63,175 nt of DNA, filler included, from Octopus bimaculoides (GCF_001194135.2; 6 parts of 6 records of this genome joined end to end with filler, not necessarily neighbours in it), one strand, 5' to 3'; positions 25,051 through 38,784 are shown, numbered from the whole stretch's first letter. Notes: generated from the sequence alone by a model not told the origin. Made by a program: numbers and translations.

Positions 25051-25193
25051 TCGAAAAATACCTTAGGAATGAGAACCCAGGTTCGAAATTTCCCCAAGAC
25101 ACCTGATGAAGGCTGGAGGATACATCAGCCGAAATGCTTTGTTAACAACAAACAAGATGAGGACAAATATCCGTCAAATGTAAATAATGTAAA
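25049..25193 (+). mobile_element. Penelope-like terminal repeat fragment
   Basis: cacctgatgaaggctgg...cagccgaaa motif; its 27-nt tail atatccgtcaaatgtaaataatgtaaa is duplicated at 24756-24782. Confidence 0.5.
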
Positions 25194-28100
25194 CTGTTAA
25201 TATATGAAAGAGATAGTTGAATAACTGTAAACCTACTTTTGGTCCACCCTGTATGTATTTACATATTCTTCAGAATTTATAACTAATTATTATTATAATG
25301 TGCGATATCCGCGAAACTCTTAGTAATTACAGAGTATAATCCAAACTCTAAAATATATATAATTACATTCTAAATCAGTGTTAGATACTTTCCCCCCTCA
25401 TGTTTGTACATTAAAAAATAACAATAATTAATAACTGTTACGAGTTTTTTTCTTGTTAAACCATACAAAGCATTTTCTCCCGTCCGCAACGATATTTCTT
25501 GTTATTCGCTTTTCTTAGGATTGTCGCATTTTCTATTAATCTCTTGTTTTTCAGTAAATCACAATTGCATTGGGTGGAACCTTTATATCTTGCCTTTGTT
25601 CATGCGCTATTATTGTTCTTGTTTAGGCGCGAGTCATCTTTGATTGAACGAATCTATTATCAAAAATATTATCAAAAATATTTAGTTATAAAGTCTCCTC
25701 ATTTTTGGTTTATTTATGATCACGTTCCTTAATAATGTGTCGTTGTTTTTTTTTTTAAGTCGGCAGTGATTGATAATTGGAGACTCGTTGTTATTTCTAG
25801 CCGGTTGAGAGCCAAGGTACACGTAGCCTCGATGTTAATTTAGTTTTGAATGAAAACCACCAACGCAAGGTATTTTGTAGGCGAAATGTTGGTCTTAATT
25901 TCAAACACATTAAATAAAGAATATAGCAGCGATTAGCATATTCAGGTTCGAATTTTACGGAACGTATTACTAATGGACAGGTACATCATTATTTCGATTT
26001 TTGCTGTTCATCGTGTATTGACTATTTTATTCACGGCTTTGTAGACATCTATTTATCCCTGTCCGTTTATTCATAAGATATAATTGCCAACTAAATATGG
26101 CGGTCCTATAGAAGACGGTATTACTGTTGTTTTTAACCCCAGGAAGCCACATCTATCTTTTTAAACACATATCTATATGCTTATTGAATTTAAAATTTTG
26201 AAAACGTGGTTTCTTGCATATTCGGAATCTCTGTCATCTAAAACATAAGGGGAAAAAAATTTCGAAAAAGTTCAAAATTTTAGGGTGGGGTGGGGGTGGG
26301 TTTAAAATTTTTCTTTTTTGCATATTCGTAATCTCCGATATCTTAAACGTTGGAATCCGGAAAATTTTTTCCAGAAAGTGCATTTTTCAAGGAGAGGTGC
26401 GAAATTGCATTAGCCCCCCCCCCCACTTTCATGCGTCTGTTCGTTCAAGAGTGACCCAAAACAAAACAACAACATTAACAACAACAACATCAACAAGAAA
26501 TTTTAACGAAATTTAACGACAGAAAGAAGAAAGAAAAAACAATAAATATTTTATGATGGACGTGTGTCGGGGAGAGTGACTTGTTTGATGCTCGTTAAAC
26601 ACCTTTTGGATGAAACCGCAGTGGTTTTGTTTCTGTTACGAGTTGTTTGGGAAGTTTACAATTAATAAATTCGCTACACAAAGAAAACTTTCACAGAACC
26701 ATTGCGGCAGGACACACCCAACGACGGTGATTATGATGAGAATAATAGCAACAGTTTCTAATTTATACTCAAAGTCCGTGGGCAGGGCTATATGCGACTA
26801 AATAACCACCCTGTACCCGACCCACTTTCCATTTTATCAACGCCTTTTTTAATTTGGGTACAAGGCCACACACATTTATGTCTATAATCTGTGTGTGTGT
26901 GTGATTGTGTGTGTGATTGCGTGTGTTGGATTAAACGTATCTCACCGTTGCACTGGTGAGTTATTTTATCGTAACCAGAAGGATAAAAAGGGACCCATTA
27001 GCCTACATGGGATGTGAACTTAGAATGCAAAGGGATGTAACATTGGCCTGGATATTTACTAACACGTGAATATTTGTGTTCTCTTCTTTCAGAGAGACGT
27101 TATAATTAATGAGTTTCGTAAGGTGCGTGGACTAGTGGTTAAGATGTTGGTCGCACGATCGTAACATAGTAGGTTCGATTCTCGGACCTGGTGGCGCGTT
27201 GTGTCGTTGTTCAAGCTACTTCGTTTCACATTGATTGTCGCTGCCTTCCTCTCTCTCCTTCCAGCAGTCACAAACCCCAATGTTCCACTGAGCCAAGAGA
27301 GGGTGTTCCATCTTTGCTCATGACTATATTAGCAGCTATAAGAATTATAAAAAGCATGGTACCAGCTGCCAGATCATACTCGTTTATGAAAGCTTAACTT
27401 CAAAGGTCTGGCTTATTGCATAATTTATAAAGACTTATAATTTATAAATATCATCTCTCTTCTGATTAAAAGAAATCTAGATTACCGCTTTTTAAAAAAA
27501 ATTATAGTTCGTGCCAAGGTTCTTCCCTCCGACAGCCAACGCACTTCTCCATACAATAAAAGTTTACTGAAGTCGGATATCTTGAGTTGACACTCGATGT
27601 GTGACTTTTAATGAAGTTCATAATTTTGATCGCATCTTATATTACCACCCTTTACTTCCAAGAAAATGACCTAATTACTAAAGACGCTTGATGAATCACG
27701 CAATGAGTGAATAGTGTTACAAAATGCAATGCATTCAGATTTAACTTCAGTTTCAAACCTTTACATTTTGTTCCGTCTTTGCTGCATAAACACCAACACA
27801 ATTATTCTATTCCTCTAAAGGTCTACTTTGAAGAAAACGTCTTTAGTTGTACGGTTTTCTAATTATCGATAAAACAGTAAATCTTCATGCATACTGCTTT
27901 CAAACTAACATCTAACCAACAGCAACTGTTGAACCATGTTTGTAATCACGGTCGATTTGAATCGCAGATTTAAAACTTATATTTCTTTCAAGAAGTTGCA
28001 CAAATTGGCTATTGCAAATTTCTGCAATCCGTTTACGAATCGAAACATTTGACACTGGAATTATATTTTGTTTCATCTGCACAATCTTTCACTGAATAAT

Positions 28101-28427
28101 TCTGTGATTCTGTCTGTCGCAAGTAACGCAAGTTGTTTAATCAAGCATAACCGATTTCGTAACTTTTATAGGTGAATAAGAGTTCTCATATGATAGAGTC
28201 CAATAATCACCCTCCTCACCAAGCAGGCTTGATGGGGGTTGCCAGTTTAGTTGCCAATGATCCGACCATGCAACAGGTTGTACTGGGTTACATGCTACCA
28301 GTAGCGCTCAAGAGCAACCTGACTATAAAATACCTTTTGCACTCTCGGAAAATTTAGGAGTCATGCAAAAATAAAAATAAACTCTACATAGAATATATTT
28401 TTAGTATGAAGGTGTCCTGTTTAAATT

Positions 28428-28495
28428 AGCACGTACAAGCAAACATACGTACAAGCACACATACGTACAAGCACACAAACGTACAAGCACACATA
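28428..28495. repeat. 16-bp minisatellite (catacgtacaagcaca) x~4
   Basis: Direct inspection. Confidence 0.8.
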
Positions 28496-29008
28496 TATGC
28501 ATATATATCGACATAAGCATACATTGTTCCACACATACATACATACATACATACATGCATATATATAGAGAGAAAGCTAATTCGAAGACTACAGATCTAA
28601 TCCATCACTGGAACTGTAAAGATCTGTAAAACTTTCCAGAAGTTTATCATTTAAATATATATATGAGCATGCCTAGATATGTAACTATATGCACGAGAAT
28701 ATATAGATAAAACAAAACATACAAGTCTGCACATATGCATACATACATACATATATACAAAAATACCCTGGCGTTGGTGTTGAAATTCCAATGATGGAGC
28801 CTTGGATTCAGCCATCTCGCCACTTTAAGTATACCAGTAATAATGATGATGATCATCATCATAATCACGATCCCGTTAGTGATGGTGGTAATTATGAAAT
28901 CGTAATTAACTGATTTTCCTGTAGTTTCTTCTATTCAAAGCCGGGAACTTTTCAGCATCTTTTCGTATGTGCCCAACGGAAAAGAAACCGCACGACGACG
29001 ACCGCCGC

Positions 29009-29108
29009 NNNNNNNNNNNNNNNNNNNNNNNNNNNNNNNNNNNNNNNNNNNNTTAATTAATTAANNNNNNNNNNNNNNNNNNNNNNNNNNNNNNNNNNNN
29101 NNNNNNNN
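29009..29108. other. Artificial 100-bp scaffold linker N44-TTAATTAATTAA-N44
   Basis: Same 12-mer (stops in all six frames) between N-runs at 29053, 49634, 53579, 57136 and 61810. Confidence 0.95.
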
Positions 29109-29301
29109 TATATATATATGCACGTATATATATATATATACGTGCATACTTTTCGCCTGACTACCCGTTTCTTCCTCTGTTTTCTCTTTTCAGTACATGC
29201 TTTCACTATCCGACGAAGAGTAATGTGCGAAACATTATGGTTTTACTTTTAATTCTCCACCCAAAACTTTTACTTTAGTCGATGTATACATTCACATGAA
29301 C

Positions 29302-29336
<35 letters not shown>

Positions 29337-31148
29337 TGTATGTATGTATGTATGTATGTATGTATGTATGTATTATACATTCACTGTATTCGATTGACGC
29401 TCAGAGAAAGTTTAAGATGGATAAAAAAAGAGTGGGTGTGACGTTTCGAGCATGGCTCTTCGTCAGGAAGAGCAAAGAGGAAAAAAATCGAGGGAGAAGG
29501 AAAATAATCGTCCGAGAAAGCACGTGTGTGGTTACGTGGCGAAAAAATAATTATCTGGGAGTAGAGAGAAATAGAAAAAGAAGTTTTTGAAGACAGGAGA
29601 ATGTAAAGATGGCCAGTGTGTGTGTGTGTGAGTGTGTGAGTGTGTGAGTGTGTGAGTGGTAGTATGTGTGCATATGCGCCTGTGCTTATGTGAGTGATGT
29701 GAGTGTGTGGGGGTTAAGTGAATAGTTGAGTAGCAGTAGTGTGGTGGACGGATGTGAGGTCGAGAGGCGAGATGACTTGTGTGTGTACGTATGTGTTTGT
29801 GACTGCATGTGTACGGGTGTGTGCATGTATGTATTTTCGCGTGTGTATGTGTGTGTGTATGTGCGTGTGTATGTGTGTCGGTGTGAGTGAAGAATTTTGT
29901 ACATGCTAAGATATGAAAACGTGTATGTGTATGTGTGTGTGCGCGTGTGTATGTGGAAGATACGTATGTAGTGTGTGTGGGGTGTAAGTGATGTATACAG
30001 TTGTGTGGAAGCGTAGAAAATAAATTGAAAATAGAAAATAGAAAATATTAAAAATTAGGAAATTTAAAAAATAAAAATAAAATAATTAAAAAATAATAAA
30101 AAGATAAAAAATTAAAATTAAATCAAGAATTATTTAAAATTGAAATTAAAAAGAGTGAAAAGGAATAAAATGATTTTAAAAAAATGAGAAATGAAGGCAG
30201 AAACTATTACAAGAAGGAGACATGGCGTCAGGTCCAAATGGTGTATGAGTTCGTAATGTGAAAATGTAGTCCTGTTCTTGGCAACATCTAGTCGTGGTGG
30301 TTCCATGGTGTAAGGCCAGGTTGAAAACAGTGAGTTGTTTTTCGGTGGTATGGTTGGTCGAACAAAAATGACAAGGCGTCAGAGGTATTTTTTGAGGCGG
30401 ACATCATGCAAACATCCTGTAAATCTCTCGGCTAGACGACGGCTGGACTGTCCGACATCTTAGGAGCCTCAAAATGTGAATTTGAGGCATTAAATGATGC
30501 TGGAAGAAATACAAGAGAAAGAGTCCCGGAAGTGAGTAGTGTGTTGGGTGGTTCCCGTTAGGGAGGTGGTGCTGGTGATGAGCGGTCAGGTGCAGCAACG
30601 GGGCCTGGATCAAAGGAAAGATCCAGGATGGGTATAAGTGGGAGAGGGCAGGTAGCGACACACATACACAGACATACACACATATGCATACACACACACA
30701 TGTGCATACATACACACATACATACTCGCATACTTACATACAACATACATTCACACACACATATATATATATATGTATAAATATATGTATATATATATAT
30801 GTGTGTGTATGTGTATGTATGTATATATATATATNNNNNNNNNNNNNNNNNNNNNNNNNNNNNNNNNNNNNNNNNNNNNNNNNNNNNNNNNNNNNNNNNN
30901 NNNNNNNNNNNNNNNNNNNNNNNNNNNNNNNNNNNNNNNNNNNNNNNNNNNNNNNNNNNNNNNNNNNNNNNNNNNNNNNNNNNNNNNNNNNNNNNNNNNN
31001 NNNNNNNNNNNNNNNNNNNNNNNNNNNNNNNNNNNNNNNNNNNNNNNNNNNNNNNNNNNNNNNNNNNNNNNNNNNNNNNNNNNNNNNNNNNNNNNNNNNN
31101 NNNNNNNNNNNNNNNNNNNNNNNNNNNNNNNNNNNNNNNNNNNNNNNN

Positions 31149-31191
<43 letters not shown>

Positions 31192-32135
31192 CTAATTATT
31201 TGTATTTACTGTCTACAGCCTTATCTCTATCTCTGAAATCCGAGATTATATCAGATTTATATATTTCCTTTCCTAGAAAATCCGTTAATAATATCTGTAT
31301 GCCAATTTAATAAGCAAAATGGCTGCTACCGCTCGAGAAGCCAGTGTAACAACGTAACAGATATCAAGGCAATCAGCAACGCATCTGCAGCTCATTACGT
31401 CATACCGTGTTATTAATATATGGTGTTCCATTGTCATTGGTTTAGCTCCTGTAGCTAGCTGCAAATAAGCTCGGTGATCTGGTATTGGTCATGAATGAAA
31501 CCTGCAGGAGTATTCTGTTAATTAGGGAAGTTATAATTTGTTAGATTTTGCGTGCGGAGTTCAAGGATCTTCATAAAGTTGTGTGTGGATAGCAGGACAT
31601 CAGCACTGTTTCTCTTTTCTCGGTGGAGATTCTGAATTCAACAGCGTCATTAGCAGTTCGTTTCGGCGATAAATTCAATGACTTAAAATGGTTGAGAAGA
31701 TAATAAAGACGAGGCGAAATAGCGCAATTATAGCAACAACAACAACAACAACAATGATAATAATACTAATTATAATGATGGACTCTCTTGATGGACGATG
31801 GACGACATATAATAGTGTAGCTTTTGCCAAACGGCCTGCACAAACGATTTGTTTATAGTGACCAAATGCATGTGCCGCATATTAAGCTCCACCCCTTCCA
31901 TCAAATCGACGTTACCTGAGCAGGTGCACGTTGTGCCACGCGTCAGGTGTCGCAGTGATTGCAGAGCAACGTGATATGAAGTGCTTTGCTCAAGAACACA
32001 TCGCACCATTCGGTCTAGGAATTGAAACCACAATCTTGTGATCGTGAGGGCAGCGTCCTAACCACTAGACTATGCATGATAATGATAATAATGATAATGA
32101 TAGTAGTAGTAATAGTAGTAATAATAGCAATAATA

Positions 32136-32520
32136 GGCCTCTGGCTTGAAATCAGAAACAGAGGGGTTTATCATAGCAGCCCAAGATCAATGCCTACCTA
32201 CAAAGAACTACCAGGCCAACATATTAAAGAACGGCAGCTCCCCATTATGTCGTATATGCCAACAACAAAATGAGACCATCGATCATGTTGTCTCCATGTG
32301 CAGTCTGCTTGCGCCTACAGAGTATCTCAACAGGCATGATAGAGCTGCACAATATATTCACTGGGTAATATGCAAAAACCTGGACTTGCCCCATGATAAA
32401 AACTGGTGGGAACACAAACCACCCCCAGTACTTGAAAATGATCACATTGCACTCCTCTGGAACTTCACCATTCAAACTGACAGAAAGATAGACGCAAATA
32501 GGCCAGACATCATATTGAAA
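32136..32520 (+). mobile_element. R4/Dong-clade non-LTR retrotransposon 3' fragment (CCHC zinc knuckle and RLE endonuclease start)
   Basis: GLKSETEGFIIAAQDQ...CRICQQQNETIDHVVSMC...RHD...LWNFTIQTDRKIDANRPDII. Runs into a 380-N gap followed by (AAT)n; preceded by a degenerate AAT/AGT tract. Confidence 0.9.
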
Positions 32521-32900
32521 NNNNNNNNNNNNNNNNNNNNNNNNNNNNNNNNNNNNNNNNNNNNNNNNNNNNNNNNNNNNNNNNNNNNNNNNNNNNNNNN
32601 NNNNNNNNNNNNNNNNNNNNNNNNNNNNNNNNNNNNNNNNNNNNNNNNNNNNNNNNNNNNNNNNNNNNNNNNNNNNNNNNNNNNNNNNNNNNNNNNNNNN
32701 NNNNNNNNNNNNNNNNNNNNNNNNNNNNNNNNNNNNNNNNNNNNNNNNNNNNNNNNNNNNNNNNNNNNNNNNNNNNNNNNNNNNNNNNNNNNNNNNNNNN
32801 NNNNNNNNNNNNNNNNNNNNNNNNNNNNNNNNNNNNNNNNNNNNNNNNNNNNNNNNNNNNNNNNNNNNNNNNNNNNNNNNNNNNNNNNNNNNNNNNNNNN

Positions 32901-32955
<55 letters not shown>

Positions 32956-32974
32956 GTAATAATAATAATAATAA

Positions 32975-33534
32975 ACGCTCGGATGCAGTACCAGGCAGTG
33001 GCTCTCATGACCTCTGATCTTAATTGATTGGAAGTGTTATCATGTACATTGTTTTGTCTTGGTATAAAAGAGGGTTTACAGCAAATATTCTGCTTAATAC
33101 CACAGATTTGCTTGTTAGGTGTTTGACCTTAACTAGTTGAGCATGTCCCCTGGTGGCTGACGATATGTGCATCTCTGATCATGAGCAGAATTATTGGGTG
33201 AGCATCATAGCCATGGGTTAAATGGAATTCTTTGGGGTTTGAATAATTCACCTTTGGAAACATGGATGTTTTGCTCAACATCCTTAAACAAACTTTATTC
33301 AGGGACCTTTTGAGCGGGATGGGCTACTCGACCTGAAGAAAATTATAACTGGGCCCCACCTGCAAGGTCATATGCTGCTTACATTGATATGAGATCACCA
33401 TGTCGCGCACATATGGTTGTGATGCATGTGCCTGGTGTACCCTTATCAGACAAATAGTCATGATGGGTATAATGGGCTTCGTATAATTGTACCCCAGTGT
33501 CACTTTGATGGCATGCATTACTCTCTCACTCAAT
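32975..33534 (+). mobile_element. ~540 bp interspersed repeat, copy 2 (AAT-flanked)
   Basis: Same family as 6202-6738; (AAT)n on both sides. Confidence 0.85.
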
Positions 33535-34119
33535 AATAATAATAATAATAATCTTTTCTACTCTAGGCACAAGGCCCGAAATTTTTGGAGAGGTCCAGTC
33601 GATTAGATCGATCCCAGTATGCAACTGGTACTTACTTTATCGACCTCGAAAGGATGAAAGGCAAAGTCAACCTCGGCGGAATTTGAACTCAGAACGTAAA
33701 GACGACGAAATACCGCTAAGCATTTCGCCNNNNNNNNNNAAAGACGACGAAATACCGCTAAGCATTTCGCCCGGCGTGCTAACGTTTCGTATTTCTTTAT
33801 TACCCACAAGGGGCTAAACACAGAGGAGACAAACAAGGACAGCAACGATGGAAATGGCTGTAACATGATAGATATGTCGGGTTGTTCTGCTTAAAGAACG
33901 TTCCAGAGAGTGACGAATAAGGTCGAGCCAATATTGAAATATAAAGATTTTGAAGCTGCAATAAAGGACGGTATGAAAGTAGACAATAAGGGTAATAGTT
34001 GGAGCAGATCGTATGATAAAGGAGCGAAAATCTAAAGAGTATATCAGAGCTGGACATTGACAGAATGTCCCATAAATAAACCAGCTTGCCATAATTCATA
34101 CAGTAAATTCTTTTTTATC

Positions 34120-34437
34120 TTTTACTTGTTTATGTCATTGGAATGCGGCCATGTTGGGGGCACCGCATCGAAAGAATTTAACCGATTGAATCAACCCCAA
34201 TTATTATTTTTTTAAAGCTTGGCACTTATTCAATCAGGGACGTAAACAAAGCAACACCGGTTGCTAAGATGGGGAGAAACATACACACACCGTATATACA
34301 ACGAGCTTCTTTCAGTTTCCGTCTACCAAATCCACTCACAAGGCTTTGGTCGGCCGCACATGCATAATGTGCTACGCGGTGGGACTGAACCTGGAACCAT
34401 GTGGTTGGGAAGCAAGCTTCTTACCACACAGCCACGC
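34120..34437 (-). mobile_element. SINE family A copy (decayed)
   Basis: Reverse complement of the family A head and tail. Other decayed copies at ~19565-19730, 35858-36010, 52600-52925, 58140-58447 and 59275-59600. Confidence 0.75.
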
Positions 34438-34789
34438 TTAAACAACTCGCACTCCATACATTTAACACGCCATAAAATAACACAGCCCACACAACGTTGT
34501 ACTCTATATTGTAGAGTACGCTTTTATTTTTCTGCTCGTGGATCTCTTTGATTCCTGTTTTAATCTCCTAGACATCCAGAGCCGTTTTTGAAGTTTAAAA
34601 AAAAATCCCATTATATTTTCACAATTAAATATTACTAAGAATTGTATTAAAAAATTCGTTGAAGTAGTTTGTGTATTGTTGAACTTTTTATTGCACATGA
34701 ACTTTAACAACAAAAGTTTATGTGAAACGACAAGGGCCAAATGAACCCCGGCTGAGAGTCACTGCACTTACGCAACACCAAAAATGAAT

Positions 34790-35040
34790 AGATCAGTTGT
34801 TTGGATCTTATTATATCCTGGCGCCTTCCAGTTTTTTGTTTTCTTTTGGCAGAGTCTGGGATGGCTCTCGTGTTGTAAATTCACCGTGTCCCACCATTGT
34901 TCTAATGCTGAGTTTATTGTTTTGTACAACTTCGTCTACGGTGACTCCATCTCTTCTCCATCCCCATACTCCTCCCTCATAATTCTTCTACTTTGTCTCG
35001 TGGTTACTACTTGCATTGATTTCGATTCTATTTTTATTTA
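34790..35040 (-). mobile_element. Highly decayed RLE-type (R4-like) reverse transcriptase N-terminal fragment
   Basis: Minus-strand translation KKTKNWKAPGYNKIQ resembles the NWK(A/S)PGPDxI motif at the start of R4/Dong RT domains. Confidence 0.5.
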
Positions 35041-36949
35041 GTTCTTGATAAAAATCGTTTTGGACTGGAGCCGAACTGCTTGACTTTATTCAAAGAATCA
35101 TTATAACTTTTCATACCGACCGATACTTTGGGATTTAGCGAGGATCTCCTGTTTCAGCTTTTCTTTGATTTCGGATAATTCTCTCTCTAATTTATATTTT
35201 CGTAATTATATTTTTATATTATATTTCTGTCTCTCTATGTTTCACTTGTGTCATTTCCTTATTGATTTTTATCAAGGCATGAGAATTTTCTTACATTTCT
35301 TCAGTATATCTATTTTCCATATTATTTTGAATATTTTTATTTGACTATATATGAGGAAGTTTCCACTTTGTAACAACGCTGGTAGCTGCATACATTATTT
35401 CGTTTCCTTTTGTATCTCGAGACCTACTGCTTACAATGTTGTAAGATCAGGTTTTCGATTTCCGGGCTGGGCGAGGCGTGTTCTTGAACAAAACACTTCA
35501 TTTCTCCGTTACCTCAGTTCACTCAACTGCAAATGAGTTCAAGCAGTAGCTGGAAATTTAACCCTGCGACGGACCAGCGTCCTGTCCAAGGCGAAGTGTC
35601 ATTATCTTAGTCATCTATGCGCCTTAAAAACCGCGTTAAGTTCTGGTTTAATAACCTCCAAGGAACACGACAGATCTAAGCTAAGCTAATAATAAAAACA
35701 TTCGTATCCATTTTCTTGAAACCTTGAAATAATCATTATCGTTGTTTTATACCCGTGAGAAACTTTGGTTGGACAGTTGAAAGATCTTTTATTACTTTTG
35801 AAAGCTTTCGAATTTTGATTTGGAATTTCCTGTTTCAAATATTCTTTATAGGTTCAAATATGGCTGTGTGGTTAAGAAACTCGCTTTACAGCCGTGTGGT
35901 TTCGAGTTCGGTCCCACTGCGCAGAATATTGAACGAAAGTGTCTTCTACTATTGCGCTGGACCGTACACTTTGCCCCGTGAGTGAATTTGGTGGAGGGAA
36001 TCCGTTTGAAACCCGTTACGATTTATGACATTTTTACTATGGGAAATTATCGCTCTGCTTTACGAGTTTTCGCTTTACAAGTGACCTCCGGGAACAAATT
36101 AACTCGTATATCGTCGAGGCATTATAGATATATGTATGTGAATATGTATATGTATATATATATATATATNNNNNNNNNNNNNNNNNNNNNNNNNNNNNNN
36201 NNNNNNNNNNNNNNNNNNNNNNNNNNNNNNNNNNNNNNNNNNNNNNNNNNNNNNNNNNNNNNNNNNNNNNNNNNNNNNNNNNNNNNNNNNNNNNNNNNNN
36301 NNNNNNNNNNNNNNNNNNNNNNNNNNNNNNNNNNNTATATACATATATATATATATATATATATAAAACAGTAATGCCTCTATATACGAGTTAATTTGTT
36401 CCTGGAGGCCACTCTTAAAGCGAAAACTCGTAAAGCAGAGCGATAATTTCCCATAGTAGCAATGTCATAAATCGTACTTCGTTCCCAGATAAATATTTTA
36501 CCTAGAAAATTCATAACACTCGTTAATAAATGGTAAAGTAAAAAGAATGTGAAGATCATTTGTAATTAAAAAAATTATTATTATAATCGTTTTCTGAATC
36601 ACTTCCACTCACACTAGACTTGCACACCCCATCATCAGACTTGCCACACGTATTTTGATGAACGTACCAGATTTAGCAAAATCAAAGTACCATATTTTGC
36701 TCAAAAAGTACCAAAATTTTAATTTGTAATATTTCGCCTATAAATCAACTGAATTGCATAATATATATTATTTATAACATACAGAGCTTTATTTTAAAGT
36801 GACCTACACTATCTAATGTACTTACTTTATAATAAGAAAGTTGTATCGTCAATAGGGTGAGGTTCCTCTCTGTACCAATGTCCTTGTCTTTCTTTTAATT
36901 TAGCAAAAAGCTCCGCATCAGGTGTATAAGGTGAGCAGTTTACACCATG

Positions 36950-38780
36950 AAGAAGACTTTTTGAATGTAGCAGAGCATTGATTGTTTGGGCTTGCAGTTT
37001 AGACCTATTCTTGACTTTAATGTTATTTTGGACTGAAAATATTCTCTCGGCTGCAACTGAAGGATGTAATAATGATAAGAGCTGAAATATACACCATGAT
37101 AGGACCGGATAAGGAGCTTCATCTCCACATTTTTCCTTAGAAATTTTATATCAATAATCTTCTGGTTTGGTAGCTTCAGTTATGTCATAGTTTTCTTGAA
37201 GTTTAAGTTTTCTCCATTCTTTATTAAGAGCTTCAACCTGATTCTCCTGAATCATATTTTGTAATTTGCATGCCAGAGGAACAATTGAACTTGGACCATT
37301 GGGTCTAGTGCTTCTAGAAGCTTCGGATTACGGAAGAGATCATGTGCAAAGAAGCGCTGAAAAAGTTCCTTCCCAAGATACACATAAAAATTTAATGTTT
37401 CCATATGAAATTTTTCGATTCAGTTGAATTAATAGATGAAGCTTTCTTTATGTAGATGCTTTCAACTTTTGCTCCTCTGTAAATTTCAGTTATCGGAAGA
37501 TACACTGATGGATCATTGATGTTAATTTCAAGTAGCTCTTTATTTTTCGCAATTTCTTTTTTAATAAAATTGCCAAGTATTCCCTTAACAGTGCATGCAA
37601 TAGATTTGTGCAGTTTGTGCATTCTATAGCTTACTGATTGGAAATATAAGTTTAACTTAATAATATCTGGCAAAATATATGCTAAAAATACATAATAGAT
37701 CTCTGTGGTTGGATTTGTTAATGGATTCAGCACATTTGAAGCTGCACTGTTGTTATCTTCAATAGCAGCAGTAGTAAAGAATAACACCAGAGCAGGCCAC
37801 AGTTCTAGTATTCTTTTGACAACTTGTTTTAAAGATAACCATCTTGTACAACTTACATGTAATAATTGATGAGGATTTGTTTGAGTAAATGCCTGAAATT
37901 CTTCATATTCCTGCAGTCTCTTTGGGCTATTTGAGAGGAATGAATATATGCTTCTAGCAAGTTCTAAATATGAAGGTAATTCTGGACATGCCTTTGATGC
38001 ACAGATATGCATAGAGTGACAGACAAAACCCTGAATAAAGGGAGAGGGAACTTTATTCTTCAGTAATGCCCGCACACCTCCCTTCTGTCCCATCATTACA
38101 CTAGCATTGTCACTGGCAAATCCTATTTTCAAAAGGAATATCAATGTAAGGTGAAGAATCTTTCAATAGAGGAAGAAATTCCATTAGCAGAGCAACCCTT
38201 GGCTTCCAAAACAATTAAATAACTATCAATAATAAGCTGGGGGGTTTTTTGTACTTACATCAGTAATTTCATCAAAAATTAATGAAAACTTGCATTCTTT
38301 GAACAGTTTAATGAGGTTTTCAAAGTAATAAGGGCCTAAAGCATTTTTTATATATTTGAGTAGTTTTGATTCTTGCACTTTTAATATGTTTAGCTATTTT
38401 GGAATCAGGACATGCATTCTGAATTAGTCCAGGTAAATGATCCATAAGTTATGTTCTACAATGAAAGAACAAAGCTTAAGCTCCGCTGCTGCTACGTTTC
38501 TAATATGAACAGAAGTTGTCGGCTGCAAAAAGTCAGTCAATTTTCCACTTTTATTTTCTGAATTAACATTTTAAATATGTTTATCCGTTTTTCCGTGCCT
38601 CTCCAGATGAGTTACACCGAATTTCACGACCATATTTACTGTATGATCTTTCGATATTTGTTTTACTTGGTTCTGACCATGATGAAAATCGAGAATCCAA
38701 TAAAAGTTTGTTCGATAATTTACGATTATATTGTTTAATTCTTTTCTTTGGAGGAGTTAAACCTGTAGCAGAAGGGATTT
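36950..38780 (-). pseudogene. hAT transposase pseudogene
   Basis: Motifs recoverable across frameshifts and stops: HLERHGKTDKH (zinc finger end), FSLIFDEITDVS (D1), IGFASDNASVMMGQKGGV (D2), CHSMH, TRWLS, and PSVAAERIFSVQNNIKVKNRSKL (catalytic E / dimerisation domain). The 37392-38144 ORF is the longest open piece. Confidence 0.9.
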
Positions 38781-38784
38781 ATAT

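Noticed and set aside
29053-29064. Recurrent TTAATTAATTAA palindrome (5 copies) as a homeodomain-site array or CRISPR-like repeat
   Set aside because: Always centred in N-runs totalling 100 bp; a six-frame-stop scaffolding linker.
33698-33771. Tandem 32-bp duplication aaagacgacgaaataccgctaagcatttcgcc
   Set aside because: Identical copies on either side of a 10-N gap inside a SINE; a contig-overlap artefact.
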